Assembly: GCA_040285825.1 (NCBI GenBank)
Contig: JAUPSS010000011.1
Span: 558,001 to 622,000 of the forward strand
Direction: 5' to 3'
DNA length: 64,000 bases
From: Eukaryota sp. TZLM1-RC
Lineage: Eukaryota > Protista > Metamonada: BaSk clade
Positions 35,053 through 48,268 of this stretch are shown here, piece after piece. A program made the position numbers and the translations under genes. Every line of letters starts with the position of its first letter. Position 1 is the stretch's first letter. Below the pieces are notes generated by a model. It had not been told where the DNA came from. It did not search any database and saw only the letters and a list, made by a program, of their open reading frames with translations.

Positions 35053-35805
35053 ATGCTGATAACTGAGTTGGCTTCTCAACTGAATACTAAACGACCAATA
35101 AGTAAGTCGCTATCATCGCTACACTCTCTTATCCAAACGTTGAAATCTGAAGGAGAATTGACTTCATGTATCGAGGTTCTACTACAAGTCACCATTCTTT
35201 TACAAAAGTCTAATAACTTACCCACTGCTGCATCTCTCTTCTCCTCTATTCTCACCAACATTACTCACACTCTGTCATCTGATGTACCATTGTCATATAA
35301 AAAGGAAATTACCACAAACCTCCTACCCCTCGCAGATCTTCTCTATTCTCACCTCGACCTCATGTCATCTTTTCATGCTTGCATCTCCCTAAGTCGTCTA
35401 TGCGTTTACTCTTCACTGAACGCCGATGCGGGGCTGTGGAGTTTCAGGGCGTACGAATCGCTTCCATTTGGATGTGCTTCTTCTCGTCTGTTTCATTTAA
35501 ATTCTAGTATTAAGAATTTTCTTTTGGCTAGGGAATTTCACCTTTGCATTGAACTGATTGGGAAGAAGATTTCTATTCAAACCACCAATAAAGATCTTTT
35601 ATTAAGGTTTATATTATCAATTTTAATAAAAGACTGGAAGATGGTTGAGGCTTTTCATATTGATTTGCCGTTTCATATTACTTTGGAGAAAGTTTTTGAT
35701 TCTGAATTTACTTTGAATTGTTTTACGGAATCTCAAATGAGTCTCATTTTAGAAATTTGTGACGAATGTTCTTTATTTGATCTTGTTATCCATCAGTTTG
35801 ATTGA
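35053..35805 (+). CDS. Hypothetical alpha-helical repeat protein (250 aa)
   Basis: Clean ORF, Leu-rich helical pattern, divergent from the previous gene with a 59-bp gap. Confidence 0.65.
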   Translation: MLITELASQLNTKRPISKSLSSLHSLIQTLKSEGELTSCIEVLLQVTILLQKSNNLPTAASLFSSILTNITHTLSSDVPLSYKKEITTNLLPLADLLYSHLDLMSSFHACISLSRLCVYSSLNADAGLWSFRAYESLPFGCASSRLFHLNSSIKNFLLAREFHLCIELIGKKISIQTTNKDLLLRFILSILIKDWKMVEAFHIDLPFHITLEKVFDSEFTLNCFTESQMSLILEICDECSLFDLVIHQFD

Positions 35806-35849
35806 TTGTGACTGTAACCTTGGTTGAATTACAATTCAAAGCCACCTTA

Positions 35850-36400
35850 GCAAATCTGGGTAAAAGAAAACTTTGCCAAGCCTAGGTGAAACTTGCAAAT
35901 CTTGGCCATTGTCAAGGATTGAGTTTTCAGCCGTTTTTCCTTTTGTATTTTTTCTAAAAGAAATACCACAATTGTTGCAAGTTTTGTGCTTGAATCGATT
36001 GTTAACTGGTTTTGCAACAACTTGTGGAGACTCATGTATTGGTTCTACTTTAGACTCTTATCTTCGAATAAATTTTCTGTTACATTTTGTTTCAGAATTT
36101 GTCACATCATTTTTTCAACATTGGGGCATGTTCGAGTATTTTGTCCTTGTTGTCGACACTTTGAGCATCTGTAGGAGCGTGGCTTCGTTTTTGAACAAAC
36201 TTTGTTTTCATCGTGATATTCTAAAAAATCTTGATTGGAAATTTTTTGTCCAAAATTGAAGAGAGAAGAGGTTGAGGAGGAGGGGTGGAAAACACGTCTT
36301 GAGCATCTTGTTGTCTATCGTTCTTTCTTTTGACTCCATTGGAATCAGAAACTGATTCAGGCATCAACAAGAAAGAATAGAAGCAATGATCACAGTTCAG
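35850..36400 (-). pseudogene. Decayed transposase-like C-terminus with a zinc knuckle
   Basis: Minus strand reads KTKPRSYRCSKCRQQGQNTRTCP (Cx2C...G(H)NxRTC, typical of MULE/pogo C-termini) among stop codons. Confidence 0.4.
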
Positions 36401-36446
36401 CCAGGTTTCAAGTGAAACGGTTTTATGTAGAGGAAGGAAGAAAAAG

Positions 36447-37005
36447 TACTACAAAATCTTGATTTGCTTGCTGTCTAACTAAAGCTTTTCTAATTCGATT
36501 GAAAAACCGAGGTAATCAATTAATAATGGCAAATTGAATTCGAGAGCACCATAAAAAGATATCAAATTTTTTCGTCCCTTTGTTTTTTCTTTTGCTTGGA
36601 TCTCTAGGTCAGGCTGCTATGGCTTTCCTTGAGTATTTTGTTGTAGTTGTAAAGAAAAGAACTGGAAGAATTTTCAATCGTGTTTACTGGCAAAACAGGA
36701 TTGTATTTTCTATTTTTAAGGGAATGGTAAAACTGATTTCTGATTCACTGTCTTCTTTTGGAAAATTTTCTGAATCTTTGGCAATTAATTGATTTGATGT
36801 AGGGGAGGCAGGTTTTGAGGATGTGGAGTTTTAATTGTGTATTTTATGTTTTCATATTCGTTGTTGAATTAAATTAAAAAACAGCAAAAAAAATTTTCAT
36901 TGTTTTTTCTTGAACCAATTTTTGGAAATCATTCAAAATAGTTTCTGCTTCTACTGATAGTCTTCCGTTTATCGGAAATGGGAAAGCGATAAAAACTAGT
37001 GGTGT
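36447..37005 (-). mobile_element. Subfamily A 3' fragment (-) with a nested subfamily D fragment (+, about 36573-36885)
   Basis: Subfamily A sequence lies on both sides of a YWQNRIVF...EDVEF + poly(A) piece of opposite orientation. Confidence 0.78.
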
Positions 37006-37019
37006 ATTAATAAATAAAT

Positions 37020-38026
37020 AAATGTTTCCCCTGTGATATTGTGGAACTTCCTCCAAGTAGCTTGCTCTCCTTACCACTGATTTTTGCAAAATTGCAGAAA
37101 ACAATCTTGAAAGTTTTAGAATACTTGGATTATATCGTACGTCTTAGCCTGGCTAAAGAAAAAATCCTGTTTTTGCAAACTTTTTGATTGAACTTGGAGA
37201 CAGTTGCTCAAGTTGCTTGATCTCCCAAATTCCCAACATTTATGGCCTTCTACTTAATGATCACCAATGGACCACTGCAATGAGAATGAGATGTTTCCTA
37301 TGGCCTTGTTCTTTACCAAATGATTTAATTTGTAGCTGTAAGAGTGTTGTTACGCTTTCTCATATTTTAAATTGTGAGTATTTCATAACTTATCGCTCAA
37401 TTGTTCATGACTCAGTTCGTGATCAATTATATGCCATGTGCAAAAGTTTCAATATAGTGGCATTTATTGAGCCATTAGGACGTAAGCTGTCTTCAGATCA
37501 AACTGATGATTCCTTTGGTAAAAGAAGGGCAGATTCAGTAGCTCCAGGGATCGATGGTGTTCTCAATGTTGTAGATGTTGTCTCAGTTGATGTTTGCAAA
37601 AATTCTGCTGCTCGTTTAGTGTAGTCCGCTGATTCGCAGTTATCTAACGCCGAAAAAAAGAAGATAAAAAAATATGAAGAACCTTTGGCACAGTTAGGTA
37701 GAGTGGAACATGTGAAATATCATTTTGTGCCGTTTGCAATTTCTCTTTTTGAGAATATTGGATTTTCAAGGTTGCACTTTTTTGAAAATTTCAAAAAGTG
37801 TTACTAAATAGGTCTAGTAAAACAATGAATTCCACTTTCTGGTTAAATAGAATTGTTTTTTGCATTTTCAAGTCTATTCCAACAATGATTTCAAAGGCAC
37901 TTTTAGCTATTGGTGTAGAATATGAACTTAATGCTGTGAGTAGGTTTAGTAATAGTGAAGCTTGTTTGGAGGATATTGAATTCTAGATAGATTTTTCTTA
38001 TCTCAAAAAAATATTTCAGTTAAAAA
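37020..38026 (+). mobile_element. Subfamily E non-LTR copy, 5'-truncated
   Basis: CSC knuckle, VHDSVRD, KRRAD, FWLNRIVF, EDIEF*. Confidence 0.86.
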
Positions 38027-38279
38027 CAAGTTTTCGTGCCTAAAATTTTTATAAACACGGTGATAGGATCATTCTTATGTTTTTCGTCGATTTCATTGTT
38101 GTTGAGATATATGCAAAACAAATCGATTTTAGCAAAAATTAAATACCAGTACTAAACGTGAGATTTCAAGGATGAGTTTATCACAGCAATTATCGATGTC
38201 CACTCTAAAGCAAACAACCACATTTGTTGGATCATTGGAAACACTGATTTCACCAAAAGAACAAAAATAAACAAACTAA

Positions 38280-38868
38280 TTAACGCTTACCACGAGTGAG
38301 ATTATAAGGAGCAGCTGTAGAGCCTGGAACACCAGGAGCACCACCTCTTTTACCAGCGAAATGTCTAACGGCTTCACGAGAGTCCTTGGGACCGCGGAGA
38401 AGAACAGTGTTTGATCCAGTGGGTGCACGAAGAGCCAATTGATCGAAAGTAATAACTTCACCACCGGCCTTGATGATTCTAGCACGTGCCTTTTCAGTAA
38501 CACGGAGAGCACAAACAGTAAGCTTGGGAACTTCATATAGTCTTTCGTCGTTGGTTATGGTACCTACCAGAACTGCAATGTTGTCTTCCTTACCCTTCAT
38601 AAACTTAACAAGTTTTGAGAGTGACAGAGGAGCACGATTGATGTTACTGGTGATGAGACGTTTGAGAATAGCACTGTTGAAATTAGAATCTGTACGGCGA
38701 TCTAAGAAGCGGTAGAGCTACAATAAGAAATAGAGAGATAAAACTAACCTTAACTAGGAGACCAAGATAGTTGTTCTTGGAAACTTGAGCGGTACGTCCG
38801 CTCTTCTTAGTACGTCCAGCATCAACAAGATCGATACCCTATGGTTGGAACACAGAATTGCATACCAT
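38280..38868 (-). CDS. RPL18: 60S ribosomal protein L18 (eL18); introns 38839-38865 (27 nt) and 38718-38748 (31 nt)
   Basis: M/GIDL...[16 protein letters not shown]...[12 protein letters not shown]...[12 protein letters not shown]. Confidence 0.95.
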
Positions 38869-38909
38869 TTGAGAAGTGTCAAGAAAGAGAAAATTAATTC
38901 AACCTCTCC

Positions 38910-40049
38910 TCATCATATGGTACTTCTAGAAGATATCCTTTTGCCGAAAATCTTCTTGAAAATACAAATAGCATATTCCTGGATAACTTAAGAGAAGAAA
39001 TATCCAGTTTATCTCCCGACTTATGGCAATCATGTTTCCCCATATCCATTCAAGAAATTCCAGACAGAAGTTTATATTCATTAAAATTTGCGTTGAAAAA
39101 GCTCCAACGACATCTTTTGAAAAATTTTGAAAACAAGGATTTTATTGTTCGACTTAGCACGGCTAAGAAAGAAAAACCTGCTTTTGCCAATTTTTTGATT
39201 GATTTGAAGGACAGTTCATCTGCAGTTTTGATAAATCAAATTCCCCAGATTTATGGTCTATTTTTGAATGACGACCAATGGACCACTGCTATGAGAATGC
39301 GTTGTTATTTATGGCCTTGTAATTTGCCCAATGATTTGTTTTTGTAAATGTGGAGCTGGTTTGACATTATCACATTTATTTAATTGTAATAGATATATTT
39401 CCTATCGTTCTACGTTGCATGATGCAGTCAGAGATCAAATCCATGCAATGTGTAATTCCTATCATATTGAATCTTTTGTAGAACCTTTGTTGAGGTCTCT
39501 TGATATAAATGAAAGCGTAAGAGATTCAGAATATGGAAAACGACGTGCTGATGTTGTTGTGCCCTCGTTTGATGATGTCATGAATGTTGTTGATGTCGTA
39601 ACAGTGGATGTATGCAAGAAAAATGCCTTGAAAAATGCTCAATCCGAAGTATCCCCCTTGATGACTCCGAATTGTACAAACGGAAAAAGTATGCAAATCC
39701 TTTAAAAGAATTGAAACATGTTCGCCATGTAGATTACCAAATTTGCCCATTTGCTATATCGTTGTATGGTCGTCTTGGAAAAACTGCTTTGAATTTTATT
39801 GATGATTTTGAAAATCTTGTGAAAAAAAGAATGAATAAGCGTTTTGATCGTCGCTTGTGGCTAAATCGTATTGTTTTTACTATTTTCAAATCAATTCCTA
39901 AAATGATTTCGAAAGCTTTAATGTCTGTCAGTGCACATTATGAAAACATTGCTGCTGTAAGGTTTGATGGTGTGGAAGCTTGTTTTGAAGATATTGACTT
40001 TTAGACTGTGGTTTTGAAAATAAATTAAAATTAAATTAAAAAAAAAAAA
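38910..40049 (+). mobile_element. Non-LTR retrotransposon subfamily F, 5'-truncated
   Basis: CKC knuckle, LHDAVRD, KRRADVVVP, CPFAISLYG, LWLNRIVF, poly(A). Confidence 0.86.
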
Positions 40050-40452
40050 CTTCTTGAACATCATGACCCTTTAATGAATGCTATACAACTACCACTTCAT
40101 AATGACAAGTGTTTTTGTCGCAGGTTATTATTGATTGACACACTCACAAATCTGTTCTTCATGAAAAAGCTTTGACTTCTCATCCACTTAACATTTTGTA
40201 TTGGGAATACACTATATGTGGTTGTACTGTTGGCTACATCAGCATAACGCTTATTGTCGATACTATTTACCTTTTGTTTGCCTCAGCAACATTCCGCATA
40301 CTCTATTTCTTTATATTTTATCAATTTAAGTGACCCAATTGTGTTAACTATATGGTATTTGTATCCTTAGTGTAACTATATCGAACTGTTTATTATTAAT
40401 TGAAATTAGGCCACGTTTGGAACAATTCTATTTACAAATATATTACATATGT

Positions 40453-42372
40453 TTAATCATTATTTAGTGGACTATTTAATAAAATACTTTCAAGTTGTCT
40501 TCTTCTGTCGTTTTCAAATATTTCTATTTCATGACTTAATTGTGCTTTAATTTGGTCTTCCAATACTGCCAAATTATTAACCAATTCCTGTTGTAAATTT
40601 GCAACTGTTTGTTTATACTTGGTGATAATTTTACTGGCTTCTTGCCTTTGAATTGCTTTGTACTTGTCCTTCAAATGTTCTCTTTCAATTCGCAGTAATG
40701 ATTCCAATGCCAATCGTTGCTCAGAGTGAATCTTGACATTTTCCGGTGGTAAAGTGTGTGAATTAGTGGTTTTTTCCAGAAAATTCATATCTTTTTCAAA
40801 AACATTGGACAATGCAGAAGAAATAGAATTCTTGACTATAGGCGATGGATTAACTTCCTCGATTGTAATCGAATTTGATTGTTGATTGGTTTGATTAGAA
40901 TTTGATTGATTAGCGACAGAACTTCTACGACTATTGGTTACTTTGGGTGTTTCAAAAGGAGTTATACATTGTGAACTTTCTACCGAATTTTGATCTTCTA
41001 TTATGACCTTATCAGAATCTTCTTCCATTTCCTTCTCTAAATCATTAATTGCAGCTTCTGTTTCTTTTTTAGAGAATGTTACTGGTGATTGAGAACCTTT
41101 TACATAGACCTCTACTACAGCTGACTTTCCAAGACTTTCTTTAGGTTTCTGATCTTGTTTTTGACCCTTTTGCCATGGTTTGACACTCCCCCTTGGTGTA
41201 CTCTTTGACCGGTGCTCTGGTTTTGAAGTAAATCTAGTTTTCGGTGTAACAGACCTAGGTTTACCTGCTTTACATGCAAGTGATTTGTTGATTGATTGAG
41301 GTTTTGATTGAGGTGTTTGACTGGGAGGAGGACGTGATCTAGGAGCAGTTGCAGGTCGTTTTGTCGTTTCGTTTTTTGAAATTCTTGACTGTCGTTTTGA
41401 CTGGGGAGTTTGATTGGGAGTCGAATTAACCGTGGGATATTTTATTTTTGAGACAAGTTTTAAGCAGTTCGTAATCAATAAAATCAAATCACGTGACTCC
41501 TTGCTCTTTTTGACTCCTTCTGCTCTATTTTTGACTTCATTAAATGATTTCTCCAAACTATCTATTTGATTACTAATCAAATCAACCCTGCTGGAACTGC
41601 TGAAAAGGGAAAGCAACAAATGCAAAGTCTCGACTGCCATCAAAACAAATGGAATAAACTCAACAGAAAGGCTACAAAGAAGAACATCAATTAAAGCAAG
41701 AATGTCAGATTCATTGAGATTAGAAAAAGAATTTCCGAGAATTTCAATACACTTTTGAATGGGAATGAACACATCAGTAAAGGTCAAAAATGATTTAGAT
41801 TTCTGAGCTAGAATTGCTTCATTTTGATCATTGTCCAGCATAACGATAAGTCTGCGAAGTAAATCAGCAACCTTCTCCTGGGGGTATTGATCACGAGGAA
41901 CAACGGAAAGCACACGAGACACGGTCAAAAAACACGTGGAGGCACATTCACTCTTGGTAAAGGCAGAAGAAAGCAATGGTTCAATAAAGACAGCATCAAG
42001 TTGGTTTGGGCATTGATCTGAACGACAATGTTTGGCGAGGGCGGCCACACAATCAGCGAGGGCTTGTTTGACTGTGTTATCAGAATCAGCAAAGTTGCGA
42101 AGAAGAAGAGACATGAACTGGGGTAGAAATCGGGATAGAGACGTATTGTAGGTTGTACATAGGGAAGCAAAGAGCCTAGCACGGGAACATCTAGCTGACG
42201 GATTGAAGGATGACAAAGAGCGGATGAGATGGGGAAGAATAATGGGAGCTATGTTTGGGTGAAGAGTTTCAAGGTAAGATTGAGCCGTGGAGATTGCTTC
42301 TACGGAGTGTTTTTCATCAGCAAGGGTATCAAGGACAAGCAGAGCCTGTTTCTTAACATCGTCTAAGCTCAT
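40453..42372 (-). CDS. HEAT-repeat microtubule-associated protein, TORTIFOLIA1/SPIRAL2-like
   Basis: N-terminal HEAT repeats (LLRNFADSDNTVKQALAD), basic Pro/Ser linker, C-terminal coiled coil; start at 42372 or 42444. Confidence 0.65.
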   Translation of the reverse strand: MSLDDVKKQALLVLDTLADEKHSVEAISTAQSYLETLHPNIAPIILPHLIRSLSSFNPSARCSRARLFASLCTTYNTSLSRFLPQFMSLLLRNFADSDNTVKQALADCVAALAKHCRSDQCPNQLDAVFIEPLLSSAFTKSECASTCFLTVSRVLSVVPRDQYPQEKVADLLRRLIVMLDNDQNEAILAQKSKSFLTFTDVFIPIQKCIEILGNSFSNLNESDILALIDVLLCSLSVEFIPFVLMAVETLHLLLSLFSSSSRVDLISNQIDSLEKSFNEVKNRAEGVKKSKESRDLILLITNCLKLVSKIKYPTVNSTPNQTPQSKRQSRISKNETTKRPATAPRSRPPPSQTPQSKPQSINKSLACKAGKPRSVTPKTRFTSKPEHRSKSTPRGSVKPWQKGQKQDQKPKESLGKSAVVEVYVKGSQSPVTFSKKETEAAINDLEKEMEEDSDKVIIEDQNSVESSQCITPFETPKVTNSRRSSVANQSNSNQTNQQSNSITIEEVNPSPIVKNSISSALSNVFEKDMNFLEKTTNSHTLPPENVKIHSEQRLALESLLRIEREHLKDKYKAIQRQEASKIITKYKQTVANLQQELVNNLAVLEDQIKAQLSHEIEIFENDRRRQLESILLNSPLNND

Positions 42373-42504
42373 TCTTGCATATAAAATATCCAGGGAACTG
42401 ATGTTTGTTGAAATAAACTTTTGAATTCCCTTCCTGCTTTGCATGATCTATTGTCCTATTGCTTTGTATAATATTTTTTTGTCGATAGCAATTGTACGAT
42501 GTCA

Positions 42505-44634
42505 CAATTACTGGGATGTAAAATGTTCCAACTTCCTGATGATGCTTATCTTAGTCCATATCATGGTGGTTTAGGGTGGTCGAAGGCTTCTATTCTTACC
42601 TCGTGTGCTTTTGTTGGTGGATGCAGAAATGCAATATTTAATTTTTCTAAAGATTGGCCGATTGGGAAGATTTATTAATGACAACGCAAAGTTCTACTCT
42701 TTTTGCATCAAATTAAGAAATTTCAAAAAATGTTGTAGAAAATGGAGTGGATGCTTTCCTAAATCATTCAATGACAATATTCCTGAAACTTTAGTAACTC
42801 AAGTTCCCTCTGTTTATGGACTTTTGTTAAAAAACAATGAATGGCTTCTAAACATGCGTTTTCGTTGTTTTCTGTGGCCAAACAATTTGCCCAATCATTT
42901 AACTTGTAAATGTGGTAAACTTCTTTTGTTTACTCATCTTTTGAACTGTAAACATTTCATTACTATTAGAAGCAAAGTGCATAATAACGTCAGGGACCAA
43001 ATTTATGTAATGTGCAAATCATATCGAGTAGATTCCTTTTTAGAACCGCTGTTATCAAAATTAATTCTTGATGATCCCAATATTGATAGTACGCGTTACA
43101 ACAGAGCTTCTATGGGTCTGACTAGAGGTGATCTAGTTGTTCCTGGTTCAAATGGTAGTTTTACTATTTTGGACGCCATGTCTATTGACCCTTGTAATTC
43201 CTCTAACGAACAACTCATTAACTCGGATGTGAATAATCCTCTTCTTGCAGGCGAAAAATATAAAATTGCTAAATATGCGAAACCCATTTCCTCGGTTAAT
43301 GAAAATTCTCATGCCCAATATAATTTATGTCCATTTGTTTTTTCTTTGCTTGGATCTCTAGGTAAGGCTGGTATGGCTTTCCTTGACGATTTTGTTGTAG
43401 TTGTAAAGGAAAGAACTGGAAGAATTTTCAATCGTGTTTACTGGCAAAACAGGATTGTATTTTCTATTTTTAAGGGATTGGTAACACTAATTTCTGATTC
43501 ACTATCTTCTTTTGGGAAATTTTCTGAATCTTTAGCGATTAATTGTTTTGATGTTGGGGAGGCAGGTTTTGAGGATGTGGAGTTTTAATTGTGTATTTCA
43601 TATTTGTTGTTGAATAAAAATATTTAAAATCAAAAAAAATATTCCTGAAAAGAATCTTTTAAATTTAAAATATACTCTTCGAACATTACAGAAACGATTG
43701 ATTAGAATGCATGAAAAAGATCTTTATAATAATATATGCAGCTCGGCTGTTTTAAATCAAGATCTTCACTCATTGTTATTGGAAAAGGGTGTTTGTGAAA
43801 ACAAGTCGTCAGATTCATCACTTTTTGTAACTATTGTACCACGAAGATTTGGATTGTGTGCCACTAATGAAGCATTTGTAACAAAAATGAGATTATATTT
43901 GAATATCCCCATTAATCAATTATCATCAAAAGAAGGATGTATTTGTTCGAATTCACCTCAACTCACTTTGGGCCATGCTCTGAATTGTTCTAAATTGATA
44001 ACTTATCGTTCTTCATTACATGATGCTGTTAGAGACACTGTTTTCAATATGGCACAAACTGCAAGAATATCGTGTATCAAAGAGTCCCTGCTGAAGGAAA
44101 CACCTTCTCTGAATAATTTTGGTTCTGATGATAGAGGTGATGTATACTGTGATTGGATTGATAATTCTGAAGCTATTGTTGACTTTGTCTCATGTAATGT
44201 TGCAAATGATACTTTGGTTCACAGAAGAAAACTTAATCCTGTGGCTGCTCTGGATTTTAAAGCAAAAGACAAACATAGAAAATATGATAAAGATATTGAA
44301 GAGGCTGATGTTGATAGAAATACACAGCTGGTTTTTATTGCTTTCCCATTTTCGATAAATGGAAGATTATCAGTTGAAGCAGAAACTTTTTTGAATGACT
44401 GCCAAAAAATGGTGCAAGAAAAAACAATGAAAAGATTTGATATTTTTTTATGGCTTTCACGCATTCAATTTGCCATTATTAATAGATTACCACGGTTTTT
44501 CAATCGAATAAGAGCAGCTTTAGCTAGACAGCAAGCAAATCAAGATTTTGTAGAGGAAATCTTGGTTCAATTATAGTCGTCCCATTAGTTATGAGTTAAT
44601 TTAATTAAGTGTGCAAATTCAATAAATAAAAAAA
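42505..44634 (+). mobile_element. Subfamily A non-LTR copy split by a nested subfamily D insertion
   Basis: HGGLGWSKAS...SFNDNIPE| resumes as |KNLLNLKYTLR after 43650. Confidence 0.87.
42789..43637 (+). mobile_element. Subfamily D non-LTR copy nested in subfamily A
   Basis: TSD AATATTCCTGAAA at 42776-42788 and 43638-43650; near-identical to 23394-24926. Confidence 0.9.
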
Positions 44635-44708
44635 TTGTAAGAATATGAACCAAACTAAAGTGATTCATTATCGACATCCTCCATCTCTACAACTTTTCAA
44701 CATCCCGA

Positions 44709-45076
44709 ATGACTTCTCTTCCTGTATCTCTATTTAGTTGCCCCAACGACATCCAAACTATACTGAAAGCTGCCACTTGTCCCTGTATTGTGTCTGGAGA
44801 AACTTTGGCAACTGATCAGGGTCGACAACCAACCGTCTGTGATTGCCTCATGTCTGGTCCTCAGGCTGAATACTTTTTGAGGTATTTATTCAATTTTTTA
44901 ATCACAGGCAACGTCTCCGTGAAGCACATGGTGTGCCAACAGATACACTTCATGATGTAGCTGCTGCTGTTTGCTGTCCCTGTTGCTTCATTATGCAAAA
45001 CCACCAATTGGTCGTATGCCAGAGCTCTGCTCCTTCGTCGTCAGCTACAATGTACGCACCTATTGCTGACATTTAG
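44709..45076 (+). CDS. PLAC8/cornifelin-family Cys-rich protein; intron 44882-44907 (26 nt)
   Basis: LFSC..D, CPCIVSG, LR/QRLREAHG, D....CCPCCFIMQ after splicing. Confidence 0.82.
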
Positions 45077-46453
45077 TAGCTTTAGTTTTGTCACCAGTCC
45101 GCAATCTTGTTTATTTTATACAATTGATTTATTTATTTTTCCTAAGATTAAAACTAATTTTATAATCAAATACAGTGCACTGTTTGTTAACACAGACAAC
45201 CAGTCATGGTAGATAACAATAACCAAAACGATAGCAGCACTAAAAACCGATATAAAGAATTTCTTTTCTGGAAATGAATATAATATTGAAAGAAATGACT
45301 GCAAATGAAACACTTGTAGCGACCATGAACGTGGTTGCCTTTACTGTTGGTGAAATGCTTTCTGATGACTTCACAGTAGTCAGCAACGTTCCTTGAAGGA
45401 GAGGGTTGATTCATGTTGAGAACAAAGTAAGTAATAAAGTGGAATTATTTTTTGTGCGTCTTATATAAGTGTAACTCAAATGAAGGCAAAAGCTCACTTT
45501 TGAAGAGCGTGTTAAGTAAAAAATTTGGTAGTTTTTATTTTTATCTCACGGATTTCAAATAGCTTCAATATTCGAACAACCTTGAAAATTTTTCAATTTG
45601 ACGCAAAAGAGTCAGGGTTCACAGATTTTCATAACCATTGAGTTGATTCGTAGAGAGTGAACAAACGATACCAGAGGTGCAAGGGTGTATATTGAAAACT
45701 GATGGTAATACAAGTGAAGACAGGAGGAACATCTTCTATGGAGGAAAGATGAGTAGAAAGAGGGTGAAGAGGGTGAAGTAGAGAGACAAGGTAATAATAA
45801 GTATTCAGATCTCTAGTTTCAAGACAAGAAGTGCAGCTGAAAGGGGTGGCACAGCTTAGGATGGACGATCTGCAATAGGCTCGAGTTTAGACTCAAGAAT
45901 ACAGAATAGAAAGAATAGCCAGTAGTGTCTCTACAGACTGTCTTTTGTAAGTCTATTTTATGGGATTCAATGTGTGAGTGCACTAAACGAAACCTATAAT
46001 CGCTATAATAGAAAAGCCAACAGATCCACCAAGATCACTGGCGAACTGAGATATAGTTGAACGAGGAGCGAAAGGTTCTTCGTCAAAGAAGGAAAGAAAT
46101 GGGAAGAAAGAAACGGGTGTAGTGACTTCCCTTGGCAACATGTTTGTTCTGAATACAGGAATTAAATTGTGAAATTTTATGAATTTTTTGAATCTACAAA
46201 CACCCATGATTAAACGAACAACTGCTTTGACTAACAACAATTTCGTCAAATTTCGCATCAGTTTATTAATTTTAGGAAAGAAAATGCTTAAAGCATGTCC
46301 AGTATCTATTATAAATCTGTATATTTATCAGTTGTGCATGTTTCATTGTTTTGCGGATGTAAGGAGTTGAAAATACACCAAATTTTAAAAGTAACTGAAA
46401 CTGAGAAATCAATCATTTTTGATTGTCTGCACATTCCGTTTTCAATAAGGACT

Positions 46454-48268
46454 ATGCAGTCATGGACACGTGCCTGCTCCCTTCATCAGTTCTTTGAGCG
46501 GCCAGTGTGTGATTACATTGATGGACAGCTGACCAAGGTTTCCACCATGGCTGACCTCGGCAGTTTGCTGGCCAGAGTTTTTGCTGTGCGCTTCCCTGAA
46601 GACAGTCATTTCCTGACTCAGCATCAATTCTGGATCCAGTGTCTTGACTTTGTGGCGGTCTCTAAGCCAAAAGTCAGACATCCATTCAACAGACCTGGCA
46701 AGGGTCATATTTATGAGAAGCTCGAGCGAATCTCTACATCATGGCCGTTTGCTGTCTTGTTCTTGTCAAGAACAGGTCATAATCATGCACTACCCACTAC
46801 AACAACTGGTGGATGCAAAGTGCCGCCAGCTGGAAGGCAACTACCAGCAGCTCCTGACTGATGGTCTTGTGTCGTGGAAGCTTAACTTCTTCCGCTCGTA
46901 TGCAGTAGGTTATAACTGCCCTGCGCCAGCCACTTATGCTGGCTCTGTTCTTCACAACAGCACGAACTTTCGTGAACCTCTTCTTTCTTGCTTCAGCACA
47001 CACCATACCATGGCTCTTACTCTGTTTAACTTCTTAGTTGGTGATCCTCAAAGGTACAACACTCTTCTTTCTTCTCGAAGAGTGACTCTTAATCAAGAGA
47101 ACAGTACCTACATCTTTCGTTGCGGTTTAACTATCCAAAACCACCTAAAGCAAGCCTTTCCACATACCTTTAGACGACCTAGACTCACTCCCATCGCTAG
47201 TTTGAAGCCTGCTTTTGTTCCCTTTTCCACATGGGTTCTCAACCATTTTATCCCCAAAAACACATCACAAACTTGTAAAACCCTTATTTATTGTTTAAAA
47301 CAAAAGCTAATGACTACACCATGTCTTCTAATGGTGATAGTGTCCGTATAACTTTCAAACCGCACCCCAAAGCAACACGAGTGAGATTGTCCAGAGAAGC
47401 CTTGAGTAATAAGAGATCCAGAGGGGAACTTGACTACTACGAAACCACTCGGAATAGAAAACATACCTTGCAAGCCAAGGTTGAACGGCCAAGACCTCGC
47501 CAGAAACCAAAAGCTACTGAGTGGCAGGCACCTGATGACCAAACGGAAATGGTGTTCTGGGCCATCGACCCCAACCACTCAAATCTATGTGGTTCCAGTA
47601 TTGGAACACGTTCAGGGCCAACCGTTTCCAATATCTTCTTGGCACCAAAGCAACGAAAAATCAATCACTCCGCTTCACTGACCCACTGATCAATAGATGT
47701 TAATGACGTGCAGAAATTGAACCATTATCTGCTTGAAATATCAACTATCGGTGACTATAAGGACTATGAAGGTAATAAAGTAAGACGATCATTGCTAAAG
47801 CAGCAATGATACCTGAGTGCTCGAAAAGCATTGAGGAGAAACACATTTGACTTCTTTAGAAGAAAACAGTAAAGATTCAGCTCAATTATCAACAAAGTGA
47901 AAAAATTTGCAGACGGTCGAGAAGTAAAGGTGTGGTTTGGCAATGGAGGTGGTGGTACATCACCTCAAAAAGTGAAAACTCCACGTAAGGCACTACTCAA
48001 GTTGTTACAATGTTCATTTGCTAATGTGAAGATCGGAGATGAATACATGACATCTGCAAAGGTGAACTGCTGCAAGATGCTGCACCAAAAGATCTATAGA
48101 GAAGTTGATGGTGAAGGTAAAGTTCACAACGCCTATTTCAGTTGTCCGGAATGTAATCAAGTATGGTCTAGAGACATTTCTGCATCACTAAATCAGCTAG
48201 AAATTGCAATTAGTGAGCACTACTATGGAACAAGACCAGAAGCGTTCCAGAGACCACAAAGAAACTAG
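46454..48268 (+). pseudogene. Fanzor1 endonuclease, family 2 (frameshifted)
   Basis: N-terminal TRACSL..., SNGDSV, RuvC-I WAIDPN, VWFGNG, RuvC-II GDEYMTS..CC, CPEC, RuvC-III WSRDISASLN, RPEAF tail. Confidence 0.82.

Noticed and set aside
42605-43588. The 327 aa ORF as a gene
   Set aside because: It is a chimera across a nested insertion junction bounded by a TSD.
45116-46300. Short ORFs upstream of Fanzor family 2 as a transposase or host gene
   Set aside because: Fragmentary with no recognisable motifs; I can neither support a call nor place the element's left end.
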